Positions 29,013 to 39,041 of a stretch of DNA of 64,000 bases are shown in pieces. A program made the translations under genes and the position numbers. A model generated the notes under the pieces. The model had not been told where the DNA came from. It did no database searches and worked only from the letters and a program-made list of their open reading frames with translations. Position 1 is the stretch's first letter. Each line of letters opens with the position of its first letter. Source of the DNA: an uncultured Candidatus Entotheonella sp. (GTDB taxonomy: Bacteria > Tectomicrobia > Entotheonellia > Entotheonellales > Entotheonellaceae); the NCBI GenBank assembly GCA_965217185.1, contig OZ244252.1, positions 256,001 to 320,000 of the forward strand. The letters run 5' to 3'.

Positions 29013-30197
29013 ATGTTTGAACTGACGGAAGCGCAACAGGGGGTGCGGAGCAGTATCGGCCGCTTTGCTCGGCGCGAATTGCGCTGGCGGGCCGGCAAGC
29101 TGGACGCTGCGCCGCCGGGCTCGCTGGACGCAGGCTTGCTGGCGCTGTGTTGCGATGTGGGTCTGCTGTCGGCACAACTGCCCGCCGATTACGGCGGCAC
29201 CATGGACGGCCTCAGCGCCGCCGTCGCGGCTGAAGAGTTGGCCTGCTGGGATGCGGGCACTGCAGCGCTGCTGATGGCCAACGGCCAGGCGCAAGCGGCG
29301 GTTTCGCTGTCGGGCAACCGTCGCCTCATGGACCTGATGTTTCCCGAAATCGTGGCTGCCGAAACCGCTCGTCAGTCGGCGCTGTGCGCCCTGGCTCTGA
29401 GCGAGCGGCACATGGGCAGTGACCTGCAGCACCCCGACGTGCCGACCACCGGGCGCATGATGGTGACCGCCAAGCGACGCGGCGGCGGTTATGCGCTGTC
29501 GGGCCGCAAGTCCTACTGTGCCATCGGCAACGCGGCCCGCTGGATTGCCGTCTTTGCCACCCTGAGCGAGGATCGCAGCCCCGAAGGGTTGACCGGTTTC
29601 CTTATTCCCACCGATGCCCCAGGTTTCCACGTTAGCGAGGTGTTGCCGACCATGGGCCTGCGGGCCTGCCCGCTGGTGGAGTTCTACGTGGAAAACGTCC
29701 GGGTGCCGCGCGAGCATCTGCTGACCGCCGAGGGCGGCGGGGCTGACTTGGTGCGCAAGTTGATCGCCCGCGGCCGTGCGCAGGCCGCTGCCGTCGCGGT
29801 GGGGATCGCTCGCGGCGCTTACGAATTGGCGCACCGGCACGCGGCCGGGCGGGTGCAGGGCGGTGGGCCGATCCTCGGTCATCAGATGGTGCAGGGCGCG
29901 CTGGCCGACATGGCCATGCGGATCGAGGCGGCGCGTTTGCTGACCCACAAGGCGGCGCTGTGCGACCCGCCGCAATTGGCTCTGAGCTCCATGGCCAAGG
30001 TGTTTGCCAGCGAGGTCGCCGTGCAGGCGGCCGGCGATGCCGTGCAGTTGCTTGGCGCCTACGGCACGACCCGCAAGTCGGGGGCCGAGAAGATCTATCG
30101 GGACGCCAAAATGACGCAGATCCTCGCCGGTACCAACGACATCTGCCGCCTTGCGGTGACGGCCCCGCTGCGGCAATCCGCCGGCGGGGCGACGTAG
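29013..30197 (+). CDS. Acyl-CoA dehydrogenase-fold protein
   Basis: GSD, GRKSY, MGLRA, R.QGG, AK.FASE, YRDAK..QI.GT. Confidence 0.85.
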   Translation: MFELTEAQQGVRSSIGRFARRELRWRAGKLDAAPPGSLDAGLLALCCDVGLLSAQLPADYGGTMDGLSAAVAAEELACWDAGTAALLMANGQAQAAVSLSGNRRLMDLMFPEIVAAETARQSALCALALSERHMGSDLQHPDVPTTGRMMVTAKRRGGGYALSGRKSYCAIGNAARWIAVFATLSEDRSPEGLTGFLIPTDAPGFHVSEVLPTMGLRACPLVEFYVENVRVPREHLLTAEGGGADLVRKLIARGRAQAAAVAVGIARGAYELAHRHAAGRVQGGGPILGHQMVQGALADMAMRIEAARLLTHKAALCDPPQLALSSMAKVFASEVAVQAAGDAVQLLGAYGTTRKSGAEKIYRDAKMTQILAGTNDICRLAVTAPLRQSAGGAT

Positions 30198-30204
30198 ATT
30201 CGGA

Positions 30205-30969
30205 GTGGCGCGCGTGGCAAAGACGGCCGGCATCGTGGTGATCGGCAACGAGATTCTCTCCGGCAAGGTGGTGGACGCCAATTCGCCCTATCTGTGCCAG
30301 GAACTGCGCCCGCTGGGGGTGGACGTGCGGCGTATCGTGGTGCTGCCGGATGACGTCGGGGTTATTGCCGAGCACGTCGCAGCATTCGCGCTGGCCTTCG
30401 ACTACGTGCTGACGACCGGCGGTGTCGGTCCGACGCACGATGACGTCACCATCGAGGCGGTGGCCCTGGGTCTGAGCCGGCAAGTGGTCATCCACCCCGA
30501 GTTGAGCGCCCTGTTGCAGGAACATTGGGCGGAGCGGCCCGCCGCGGTGCGGGACAAGATGGCGAGTGTACCGGAGGGTACGCAGTTGCTGATGGAGCCC
30601 AGCCTGCCCATCCCGGTTTTGCTGGTCGGCAACGTGTACGTCTTTCCGGGCATCCCGAAGCTGTTCCGGCGATTGTTTGACGACATCAAAGAGCGCTTCC
30701 GCGAGTCGCCGTATCACGTCCGGCACGTGTACGTGCGGGCCAGGGAGAGCACCTTTGCCCATCATCTGGAGGCCGTGATGACGGCGTTTCCCGACCTGAT
30801 GCTGGGCTCCTATCCTGAGGTGGACAACCCGGCGTATCGGGTCAAGCTCACCCTGGAATCCAAGGACCCGGCCTACCTGAAGCGGGCGTACCAGCACTTG
30901 CTGGCGCTGTTGCCCGCGGAGGTCGTGGCCGACGTGGCGCCCCAGTCGCGCGGAGGAAATGAGGCGTGA
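30205..30969 (+). CDS. CinA-like molybdopterin-binding domain protein
   Basis: IGNEILSG, TGGVGPTHDDVT, PGIP. Confidence 0.88.
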   Translation: MARVAKTAGIVVIGNEILSGKVVDANSPYLCQELRPLGVDVRRIVVLPDDVGVIAEHVAAFALAFDYVLTTGGVGPTHDDVTIEAVALGLSRQVVIHPELSALLQEHWAERPAAVRDKMASVPEGTQLLMEPSLPIPVLLVGNVYVFPGIPKLFRRLFDDIKERFRESPYHVRHVYVRARESTFAHHLEAVMTAFPDLMLGSYPEVDNPAYRVKLTLESKDPAYLKRAYQHLLALLPAEVVADVAPQSRGGNEA

Positions 30970-31514
30970 AGATTTACACCCGGACGGGTGACGCAGGCGA
31001 GACCGGATTGTTCGACGGCACGCGGGTGCCGAAAGACGCTGCACGGGTGGCGGCCTACGGGGACGTGGACGAACTGAACGCCGTGCTGGGCCTCGCCTTG
31101 GCTTTCGTGCGCGAGGACGACGACCTGCGACCGTGCCTGCTGACCATCCAGCGCGACCTGTTCACGGTCGGCGCCCAGTTGGCCGATCCGAGCGCGCGGG
31201 TCGAGGCCAAGCGCGGCGCCAAGGCCGCCTTCACGGAAGACAAGGTGAGCCAGTTGGAGGAATGGATCGACCGGTTCGAGGCGCAGTTGCAACCGCTGCG
31301 GCAGTTCATCCTGCCCGGCGGCTCGAAGGGCGGCGCCACCTTGCACCTCGCCCGCACCGTGGGACGCCGGGCCGAGCGGCGCATCGTTGCGCTGTCGCAC
31401 GAGGTCGAAATTGACCCCCTCATTGTGCGGTACATGAACCGGCTGTCGGATTTTCTGTTTGTCGCGGCGCGGCTGGAGAACCTGCACCGCCGCCATGAGG
31501 AAATTCCCTGGTAA
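30966..31514 (+). CDS. PduO-type cob(I)alamin adenosyltransferase
   Basis: KIYTRTGDAG, YGDVDELN, RRAER, NRLSDFLF. Confidence 0.95.
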   Translation: MKIYTRTGDAGETGLFDGTRVPKDAARVAAYGDVDELNAVLGLALAFVREDDDLRPCLLTIQRDLFTVGAQLADPSARVEAKRGAKAAFTEDKVSQLEEWIDRFEAQLQPLRQFILPGGSKGGATLHLARTVGRRAERRIVALSHEVEIDPLIVRYMNRLSDFLFVAARLENLHRRHEEIPW

Positions 31515-31525
31515 AGGAGCGCACA

Positions 31526-32056
31526 TTGATTTTCAAGGTAGCTCGATTGGGGCACCCGGTGCTGCGGCAGGTTGCCGAGCCGGTGCCACCGGATGAGATC
31601 ACGTCGCCGGAGGTGCAGCAGTTCATCGACGACATGATCGAGACCATGTATGACTACGACGGCGCCGGGCTGGCCGCCCCGCAGGTGCACGTGTCACAGC
31701 AGATCGTGGTGATGGAGGTAGCGCAGAACCCGCGCTATCCGAACGCCCCGGACATTCCGCTGACGGTCTACGTCAACCCGGAAATCACGCCGCTCACCGA
31801 TGAGAAGGTGGAGGACTGGGAGGGTTGCCTGAGCGTGCCGGGCATGCGCGGACGGGTACCGCGGCACACGCGGATTCGCCTGCAGGCATACGACCGCGAG
31901 GGGCAGCGGCTGGACTTCGTGGTGGAGGGGTTTCACGCCCGCGTCATTCAGCACGAGTGCGATCATGTGCAGGGCAAGGTGTACCTCGACCGCATGACGA
32001 GCATGGAGTCGCTGACCTTCACAGAAGAATTCATCAAGTACGGGATGGGCGAGTAG
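31526..32056 (+). CDS. def: Peptide deformylase
   Basis: GLAAPQ, EGCLS, QHECDH; TTG start after AAGGAG. Confidence 0.95.
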   Translation: MIFKVARLGHPVLRQVAEPVPPDEITSPEVQQFIDDMIETMYDYDGAGLAAPQVHVSQQIVVMEVAQNPRYPNAPDIPLTVYVNPEITPLTDEKVEDWEGCLSVPGMRGRVPRHTRIRLQAYDREGQRLDFVVEGFHARVIQHECDHVQGKVYLDRMTSMESLTFTEEFIKYGMGE

Positions 32057-33122
32057 GGGCTGTGTCCGGTGTCCGGGCCGGGTCGTCGCGCAGTTGTTCG
32101 AGGGCCCAGGCGGCGTGTTCGCGTATCAGCGGTTCCTCATCCTGTAGCAGGTCTTCAAGCACGGGGATGAAGGCGTGATTGCCGGAATTGCCCATCGCCA
32201 CGCAGACGTTGCGCAGCAGGCCACGCCGTTTGGGGCGTTCGAGGGCGGTGCCGCGGAAGCGTTGTTTGAAGGCTTCGGGTGTCAGGCGGGACAGTTCTTC
32301 GAGGTCCGGATGCACACGCTGCGGACGAGGTTGCAGGCCGGGCTCAGCGGTGAAATGGCGTTTGCGGTTCCAGGGGCAGACGTCTTGGCAGATGTCGCAG
32401 CCCAGTACGTGGCTGCCCATCGGCGCGCGCAGGGCCTCGGGAATCGCGGTCTTGAGCTCGATCGTCAGGTAGGAAATGCAGCGCCGCGCGTCGAGGACGT
32501 ACGGTTCGGGGAACGCCTCGGTGGGGCAGGCGTCCAGGCAGCGGGTGCAGGTGCCGCAATGGTCGGGCGTCGGGTGGTCGATTTCCAGCGGCACCGTCAG
32601 GACGAGGACACCGAGCAGCAGCCAGGAGCCGAGACGCTTGTTGAGCAGGCAGGTGTTCTTGCCGAACCAGCCGAGGCCAGCGTATTTGGCGTACACCCGC
32701 TCGACCACCGGCCCGGTATCCACGTACAGTTTGCTGGCTGCCGGCGATGGCAGCAGCGTGGCGGTGAAATCCCGCAGCCGTTCCAGCTTGGCCTCAAGCA
32801 CCCCGTGGTAATCCTCGCCCCAGGCGTAACGCGCCACCCAGCCCCGCTTCGGATTCCCGTGGTCGGTGGAATAGGGGTAAGGCGTGTCGTAGTTCAGCCC
32901 GCACACCACGACCGACCGCGCGCCCGGCAGCACCTTCTGCAAGTCGCTGCGGCGCTCCTGAGTTCGCGACAGGTAGTGCATGTCCCCGGCATAGCCCGCC
33001 GCCAACCATTTCTCATAGAAGTCCAGCTCCGGGCTGCCCTGTGCTGGCGCTACCCCTACGAGATCGAAGCCCAGTTCCAGGGCGTGCTGCTTGATGCGTT
33101 GAGTCAGTTCGCGCTGGGACAT
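32034..33122 (-). CDS. queG: tRNA epoxyqueuosine(34) reductase
   Basis: ARYAWGEDYH, VDTGPV.ER, CGTCTRCLDACPT, CISYLTIE, GCDICQDVCPWN. Confidence 0.95.
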   Translation of the reverse strand: MSQRELTQRIKQHALELGFDLVGVAPAQGSPELDFYEKWLAAGYAGDMHYLSRTQERRSDLQKVLPGARSVVVCGLNYDTPYPYSTDHGNPKRGWVARYAWGEDYHGVLEAKLERLRDFTATLLPSPAASKLYVDTGPVVERVYAKYAGLGWFGKNTCLLNKRLGSWLLLGVLVLTVPLEIDHPTPDHCGTCTRCLDACPTEAFPEPYVLDARRCISYLTIELKTAIPEALRAPMGSHVLGCDICQDVCPWNRKRHFTAEPGLQPRPQRVHPDLEELSRLTPEAFKQRFRGTALERPKRRGLLRNVCVAMGNSGNHAFIPVLEDLLQDEEPLIREHAAWALEQLRDDPARTPDTAPTRPSRT

Positions 33123-33159
33123 GTGCCTGCCACCTCCGTGCTGCACGACCACTTTGTTC

Positions 33160-33187
33160 TGGACGAAAAATCAAGCGGCAGTATAAT
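33160..33187 (+). promoter_or_regulatory. sigma70 promoter of tRNA-Asn
   Basis: TGGACG-16 nt-TATAAT. Confidence 0.65.
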
Positions 33188-33201
33188 ACATGGCTTACGA
33201 T

Positions 33202-33274
33202 TCCCCGGTAGCTCAGCAGGTAGAGCGGTTGGCTGTTAACCAATTGGTCGCTGGTTCGAGTCCGGCCCGGGGAG
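33202..33274 (+). tRNA. tRNA-Asn (GTT); CCA not encoded (followed by CCT)
   Basis: Acceptor TCCCCGG/CCGGGGA, D-arm AGCTCAG..GGTAGAGC, anticodon TTGG-CTGTTAA-CCAA, GGTTCGAGTCC. Confidence 0.97.
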
Positions 33275-33316
33275 CCTGAAGTCGAGTCGCCCATTCCGGC
33301 AACTCCTCACATGATG

Positions 33317-33353
33317 CAAGACCCCGAGGGGTGATCCTCTCGGGGTCTTGTTG
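33317..33353 (+). terminator. Terminator-like hairpin after tRNA-Asn
   Basis: CAAGACCCCGAGGGG-TGAT-CCTCTCGGGGTCTTG followed by TTG. Confidence 0.7.
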
Positions 33354-33426
33354 TATCTGGTGACAGGTTAGGGGTTTCGTCCATTTGCCCATTTGCCGAC
33401 GCCTCGGAATCAATGAGGAATGAAAA

Positions 33427-35868
33427 ATGGCCCTCAAAAAGTCCCAACTCTACGCCTCGCTCTGGCAAAGCTGCGACGAGCTTCGCGGTGGCATGGATGC
33501 CTCGCAGTACAAGGACTACGTTCTCACCCTGCTGTTCATGAAGTACGTGTCGGACAAATACGCCGGCAGGCCGGACGCGCTCATCGACGTGCCCGACGGC
33601 GGCGGCTTTGCCGACATGGTGCGGCTCAAGGGCGACAAGGAAATCGGCGACAAGATCAACCAGATCATTGGCCGGCTCGCCGAGGCCAATGATCTCAAGG
33701 GTGTCATCGACCAGGCCGACTTCAACGACGAGAGCAAGCTCGGCGCCGGCAAGGAGATGCAGGACCGACTCTCCAGGCTGGTGGCCATTTTCGACGGCCT
33801 CGATTTCCGGGCCAACCGGGCCGAGGGGGACGACCTGCTCGGCGATGCCTACGAATACCTGATGCGCCACTTCGCCACCGAGTCCGGCAAGAGCAAGGGA
33901 CAATTCTACACCCCAGCCGAGGTGTCGCGCATCATGGCGAAAGTGATCGACATCGGCGCCGACACCCGCCAGGACCAGACGATCTACGACCCCACCTGCG
34001 GCTCCGGCTCACTGCTGCTCAAGGCCGCCGACGAAGCGCCGCACGGCATTACCGTCTACGGCCAAGAGATGGACAACGCCACCTGGTCGCTGGCGCGGAT
34101 GAACATGATTCTGCACGGTCACCCGACCGCCGAGTTGTGGCGCAGCAACACGCTGGCCGACCCCTATTTCAAGAACCCTGACGGCGGTCTCAAGACCTTC
34201 GACTTCGCCGTTGCCAAGCCCCCTTTCTCAGCCAAGGCGTGGTCCAGCGGCCTCGATGCGGCCAACGACGAATTCAGGCGTTTCGAGTATGGCATCCCGC
34301 CGGACAAGAACGGTGATTATGCCTTTCTCCTGCACCTCATCACGTCGCTCAAGAGCAAGGGCAAGGGCGCGATCATTCTGCCTCACGGCGTGCTGTTCCG
34401 CGGCAATAAGGAGGCTGATATCCGCCGGATGCTCATACGGTGCGGCCTGATCAAGGGCATCATCGGCCTGCCCGCCAATCTCTTCTACGGTACCGGCATC
34501 CCTGCCTGCATCTTGATTCTTGACAAGGAACACGCCGAGGCCCGCACCGGTATCTTCATGATCGACGCGAGCAAGGGTTTCCTCAAGGACGGCAACAAGA
34601 ACCGTTTGCGTGCCCAGGACATTCACCAAATCGTGGACGTGTTCACCAAGCAAACCGAGGTGCCGCGCTACGCCCGCATGGTGCCGGTGGCCGAGGTCGC
34701 CAGTCCCGCCAACGACTACAACCTCAACATCCCGCGCTACATCGACTCCAGCGAGTCCGAGGACCTGCACGACCTCGACGCCCATCTGCACGGCGGCATC
34801 CCCAACCGCGACGTTGATGCCTTGAGCACATACTGGTCCGTCTTTCCCTCCCTGCGCCAGGCGTTGTTCGCAGACAACGGGCGAGCAGGCTACAGCGAGG
34901 CCCGGGTCGAGACGCAGCAGGTGAAAGCCGCCATCCTCGGCCACGACGAGTTCGAGTCCTACCGCAAGCGAGTCGCAGCCATCCTCGACGGCTGGCGTGA
35001 GAGCCATGAACCGCTGCTCAAGGGGATCGAGGCAGGCGCCAATCCTAAAACCGTCATCCACACCCTGTCGGATGACCTGCTCGCGCGTTTCGCCGCCCTG
35101 CCGCTGCTCGACCCTTATGACGTCTACCAGCGGCTGTTGGATTACTGGGACGAGACGATGCAGGATGACGTCTACCTTATCGTCGCCGATGGTTGGGTGG
35201 AGGCGGCCAAGCCGCGTGGCATCATCGAGGATAAGGAAAGGAAACTCAAAGAGACGCCGGACCTGACCATCGGACGCAAGAAGTACAAGATGGATCTGAT
35301 TCCCCCGGCCTTCGTTGTTGCGCGGTACTTTGCTGCCGAGCACGCCGCCCTTGAGCGGTTCCAGGCCGAGCAGGACGCGGCCGCCCGCGAATTGGAGGCG
35401 TTTGTCGAGGAGCACACCGGCGAGGAAGGTCTGCTGGCGGACGCGGCCAACGACAAAGGCAAGGTCACCAAGGCAGGTGTGAGGGACCGGTTCAAAGCCA
35501 TTCAGCACGAGCCGGAGAGTGGCGAGGAACGGGATGCACTCATGCGCTGTGTTGCCCTGATCGAGGCTGAATCCAGCACGGGCAAGGCCGTCAAGGACGC
35601 TCAGGCCAAGCTGGATCAACGGGTGCTGGCCTGCTATGCCACCCTCACCGAAATCGAGATCAAGACGCTGGTGGTCGAGGACAAATGGCTCGCCACTATT
35701 CGTGAGGCTATCGAAGGCGAAATGCAGCGGCTGACCCAGCAGCTTGCCGGGCGCGTCAAGGAGCTGGAGGAGCGGTACGCTCGGCCGCTGCCAGATCTGG
35801 AGCAGGAGGTTGAAGTGTTCGGTGCCAAGGTCGAAGGGCACTTGAAGCGGATGGGATTGTCGTTATGA
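33427..35868 (+). CDS. hsdM: Type I RM methyltransferase subunit (motif IV reads KPPF)
   Basis: LRGGMDASQYKDY, GQFYTP, YDPTCGSG, LPHGVLFRG, YNLNIPRYI. Confidence 0.93.
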   Translation: MALKKSQLYASLWQSCDELRGGMDASQYKDYVLTLLFMKYVSDKYAGRPDALIDVPDGGGFADMVRLKGDKEIGDKINQIIGRLAEANDLKGVIDQADFNDESKLGAGKEMQDRLSRLVAIFDGLDFRANRAEGDDLLGDAYEYLMRHFATESGKSKGQFYTPAEVSRIMAKVIDIGADTRQDQTIYDPTCGSGSLLLKAADEAPHGITVYGQEMDNATWSLARMNMILHGHPTAELWRSNTLADPYFKNPDGGLKTFDFAVAKPPFSAKAWSSGLDAANDEFRRFEYGIPPDKNGDYAFLLHLITSLKSKGKGAIILPHGVLFRGNKEADIRRMLIRCGLIKGIIGLPANLFYGTGIPACILILDKEHAEARTGIFMIDASKGFLKDGNKNRLRAQDIHQIVDVFTKQTEVPRYARMVPVAEVASPANDYNLNIPRYIDSSESEDLHDLDAHLHGGIPNRDVDALSTYWSVFPSLRQALFADNGRAGYSEARVETQQVKAAILGHDEFESYRKRVAAILDGWRESHEPLLKGIEAGANPKTVIHTLSDDLLARFAALPLLDPYDVYQRLLDYWDETMQDDVYLIVADGWVEAAKPRGIIEDKERKLKETPDLTIGRKKYKMDLIPPAFVVARYFAAEHAALERFQAEQDAAARELEAFVEEHTGEEGLLADAANDKGKVTKAGVRDRFKAIQHEPESGEERDALMRCVALIEAESSTGKAVKDAQAKLDQRVLACYATLTEIEIKTLVVEDKWLATIREAIEGEMQRLTQQLAGRVKELEERYARPLPDLEQEVEVFGAKVEGHLKRMGLSL

Positions 35869-35942
35869 GGGAGGTGCTCGTACCGTTGTTCAGTACTTCA
35901 GGAGAGCGCTTCTGACGGTCTGCGACCACAAGGAGAAGCGCC

Positions 35943-36233
35943 ATGTCCGTATCAAAGCCTCTGTACAGCAAGGAAGAGTTCGCTCGCCGCGATGATGAGA
36001 TTTATGATCGAGATATAAGCCCTCATATTGGACCTGCTGACGAAGGTAAGTTTGTGGTTGTCGACATTGAGACGGGAGAATACGAAGTTGATCAGGATGA
36101 ACTGGCTGCCTCGGACCGGCTTCTTGCTCGCCGCTTTGGACCCCGCTACGGAGCGAGTGGGCATGATAGCCGGTTATTGGCAGGCAACCTGAAGTCGCTC
36201 ACTTTGGAGGGACAGTCATGGCAGAGCGAATAA
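35943..36233 (+). CDS. Small antitoxin-like protein, C-terminus possibly altered
   Basis: GKFVVVDIETGEYEVD motif; RBS AAGGAG. Confidence 0.55.
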   Translation: MSVSKPLYSKEEFARRDDEIYDRDISPHIGPADEGKFVVVDIETGEYEVDQDELAASDRLLARRFGPRYGASGHDSRLLAGNLKSLTLEGQSWQSE

Positions 36234-36442
36234 CCGTGTCAGTCGATCCCGATGTAGCCAAGCTCTACCGTTCGGCTTCTGATAATGAGCGTCGCAAACT
36301 GGATTTGCTTATCAATTTGTGTTTGCGTGATGCGACGGAATCCGGGAAATCACTTAGGGACACGATGCTGGAAGTTAGCCGCAACGCGCAACGGCGTGGT
36401 CTGACCCCGGAAATTTTGCAGTCTATCCTGGCCGACGAATGA
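36218..36442 (+). CDS. Probable antitoxin
   Basis: AQRRGLTPEILQSIL; overlaps PIN start; RBS GGAGG. Confidence 0.7.
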   Translation: MAERITVSVDPDVAKLYRSASDNERRKLDLLINLCLRDATESGKSLRDTMLEVSRNAQRRGLTPEILQSILADE

Positions 36443-36846
36443 TTCGCTTCGTCTTCGATACAAACGTCATTGTCAGCGCGTTACTCTTCAACGATTCCGT
36501 ACCAGGGCAGGCGTTCATTCGGGCCTTGAATCATGGAATGATTCTGGTTTCCGGGGCATTGATGGGGGAGTTGAGCCGTGTACTCGGCCGGGACAGGTTC
36601 GACCGGTATGTCACCCGCGAAGAGCGCGACGAGTTTCTTGAATCACTGATACGGGAATCGAACCTGATCGAAATCACCGAGGCTGTCCAAGTATGCCGCG
36701 ATCCCAAAGACGACCAAGTCTTGGAGTTGGCCGTCAACGGCAATGCGACATACATCCTCACAGGAGATGCCGACTTGCTCGTTCTAAACCCATTTCGTGG
36801 CGTAGAGATTGTAACGCCTGCCGAGTTCCTGAAATTGACCGCCTGA
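36439..36846 (+). CDS. PIN-family putative toxin
   Basis: VFDTNVIVSA, CRDPKDD, TGDADLL. Confidence 0.9.
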   Translation: MIRFVFDTNVIVSALLFNDSVPGQAFIRALNHGMILVSGALMGELSRVLGRDRFDRYVTREERDEFLESLIRESNLIEITEAVQVCRDPKDDQVLELAVNGNATYILTGDADLLVLNPFRGVEIVTPAEFLKLTA

Positions 36847-36931
36847 CCCTAGAAACTGTGCGCTGGAATAGTCATATTCTTTGTCCAGCTATCGGGCCCG
36901 TGCTGCTGCCGTTCGAGGGTAGGTGAATGTG

Positions 36932-38227
36932 ATGAATAAGAGACAAGAGATAATGGGCAACGCCCTTGGAGATGGACGCCGTGCGCTATCGAAAGAGGTG
37001 CCGGTGGGTTACAAGCGGACTGAGGTGGGGGTTATTCCGGAAGAGTGGTCGTTCCAAAGTCTCGGGACAATTTGCGATGTCAGAGATGGTACACATGAGT
37101 CGCCTCGATTTTATAGTGAAGGTGTTCCTTTTGTAACTTCCAAGAATATAGTGAACGGTAGCCTTGATCTTGAAAATACTTCATACATTTCGGAGCAAGA
37201 TGCCAATGAAATCAACAAGCGCTCAAAAGTGGATCCCAATGATATTCTGATGTCAATGATAGGAACTATCGGCAGCGCTGTGTTAATTGACTTTGAACCA
37301 AGTTTTTGTATCAAGAATGTTGCACTTATAAAGCCGCAAGAAGTACTACCAAAATTCTTGATTCAGTTAATAGTGTCTCCGTTATTCCAGAACTACCTAA
37401 AAGACAGCTTAGACGGTGGGATTCAGAAGTTTGTAGCATTGGGAACACTCCGTCATCTGAACGTTCCTCTCCCATCATCTTCAGAACAACGCGCCATCGC
37501 CGAGGCGTTGTCGGATGTGGATGAATTGCTCGGGTCGTTGGAGAAGTTGATCGCCAAGAAGCGGGCCATCAAGCAGGCCGCCATGCAGCAACTCCTCACC
37601 GGTAAGACCCGCCTGCCGGAATTCAGCGGGAAATGGGAGATGAAGCGGATTGGCGATATCTCGGACGTTGATCCGGAAAACTTGCCGAGTGGCACAAGTC
37701 CAGACTTCACGTTCAATTACATTTCTCTTGAGCAAGTCAATGCTGGTCGTCTACTTGGTTACTTGCAAGTGAAATTTTGCACAGCTCCTTCTCGAGCGCG
37801 ACGAGTGCTTCGTTATGGTGACGTGCTTATGTCGACAGTTCGTCCAGGATTGATGGCGCACCTACTGTATCGTGAACAGATACCCAACGCAGTCTGCTCA
37901 ACAGGGTTCGCCGTCCTTAGAGCCAAGCCTCAGTTGTCCGACCCGGGCTTCCTTTTCGCCCATCTTCTTGGCCATGTTGTGAACAAGCAGATCGAAAAAA
38001 CCCTGGCCGGATCAAACTACCCGGCCATCAACGGACGCGACGTGAGGCTGCTTGAAATTCCTTGCCCGCCTCAAATTCACGAACAACGCGCCATTGCCGC
38101 CGTCCTCTCCGACATGGACGATGAGATCACCGCGCTGGAGCGCCGTCGGGACAAAACCCACGCCATCAAGCAAGGCATGATGCAGCAACTCCTCACCGGC
38201 CGAGTTCGGCTTGTCAAGTCGGAGTAG
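36932..38227 (+). CDS. hsdS: Type I RM specificity subunit (start uncertain)
   Basis: GYKRTEVGVIPEEW; two TRDs each followed by EQRAIA..LSD..KQ..MQQLLTG. Confidence 0.93.
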   Translation: MNKRQEIMGNALGDGRRALSKEVPVGYKRTEVGVIPEEWSFQSLGTICDVRDGTHESPRFYSEGVPFVTSKNIVNGSLDLENTSYISEQDANEINKRSKVDPNDILMSMIGTIGSAVLIDFEPSFCIKNVALIKPQEVLPKFLIQLIVSPLFQNYLKDSLDGGIQKFVALGTLRHLNVPLPSSSEQRAIAEALSDVDELLGSLEKLIAKKRAIKQAAMQQLLTGKTRLPEFSGKWEMKRIGDISDVDPENLPSGTSPDFTFNYISLEQVNAGRLLGYLQVKFCTAPSRARRVLRYGDVLMSTVRPGLMAHLLYREQIPNAVCSTGFAVLRAKPQLSDPGFLFAHLLGHVVNKQIEKTLAGSNYPAINGRDVRLLEIPCPPQIHEQRAIAAVLSDMDDEITALERRRDKTHAIKQGMMQQLLTGRVRLVKSE

Positions 38228-38230
38228 ACA

Positions 38231-39028
38231 ATGGCCATCAAGACTGTAGAGCGAGACTTTCACGAGAAGGTCTCAACGAAGATTCGGCTCGCAGCCGAGG
38301 GCATGGAACGCTTTCGCGTGTTCACGCCCTTCCTGCTCGAGGACGGCGACCATTTGTCCATTGTCCTGAAGAAGGAAGGCGCCCGGTGGGTGCTATCCGA
38401 CGAGGCGCACACCTACATGCACCTCACCTATGACATGGACGAGAGGGACCTCCATGCCGGCACACGCCAGAGGATCATTGCCAACGCGTTGTCTGTTTTC
38501 CAGATCGAAGACCGGGAAGGAGAGCTGGTACTCGAGGTGCCGGATGAACGCTACGGCGACGCGCTTTATTCATTCGTTCAGGCACTTCTCAAGATATCGG
38601 ACGTCTCGTACCTGTCGCGGGAACGGGCCCGGTCCACCTTCATGGAAGATTTCCGGTCGCTGCTGAGTGAGGCTGCTCCCGAAGAACGCCGGGTTTTCGA
38701 TTGGAGCGACCCCGACCACGACCCGCATGGAATTTATACGGTGGACTGCCGGATCAACGGCATGCCGCGGCCGCTTTTCGTTCATGCCTTGACGGGCGAC
38801 GGGAAAACACGCGATGCCACGATCGCGCTGCACCAGTTCGAGAAGTGGGGTGTGTCGTTCCGTTCCCTGGCCATTTTCGAGGACCAGGAGTCGATCAACC
38901 GGAAGGTGCTCGCACGTTTCAGCGACGTCTGCGAGAAGCAGTTCTCCAGCCTGGCCCCGAACCGCGACAGGATCATGCACTTTCTCGATGAGAGTATTTC
39001 GGGTGAGCGAGAGGGAAGCCCGCGGTGA
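38231..39028 (+). CDS. DUF1828-like protein embedded in the hsd operon
   Basis: VFTPF..DGD.L, WVLSDE.HT motifs; 3 bp after hsdS. Confidence 0.7.
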   Translation: MAIKTVERDFHEKVSTKIRLAAEGMERFRVFTPFLLEDGDHLSIVLKKEGARWVLSDEAHTYMHLTYDMDERDLHAGTRQRIIANALSVFQIEDREGELVLEVPDERYGDALYSFVQALLKISDVSYLSRERARSTFMEDFRSLLSEAAPEERRVFDWSDPDHDPHGIYTVDCRINGMPRPLFVHALTGDGKTRDATIALHQFEKWGVSFRSLAIFEDQESINRKVLARFSDVCEKQFSSLAPNRDRIMHFLDESISGEREGSPR

Positions 39029-39041
39029 AGCACCTGAAATT

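Noticed and set aside
33275..33277. Missing CCA as a sign of tRNA disruption by integration
   Set aside because: Many bacteria add CCA post-transcriptionally; the cloverleaf, promoter and terminator are intact
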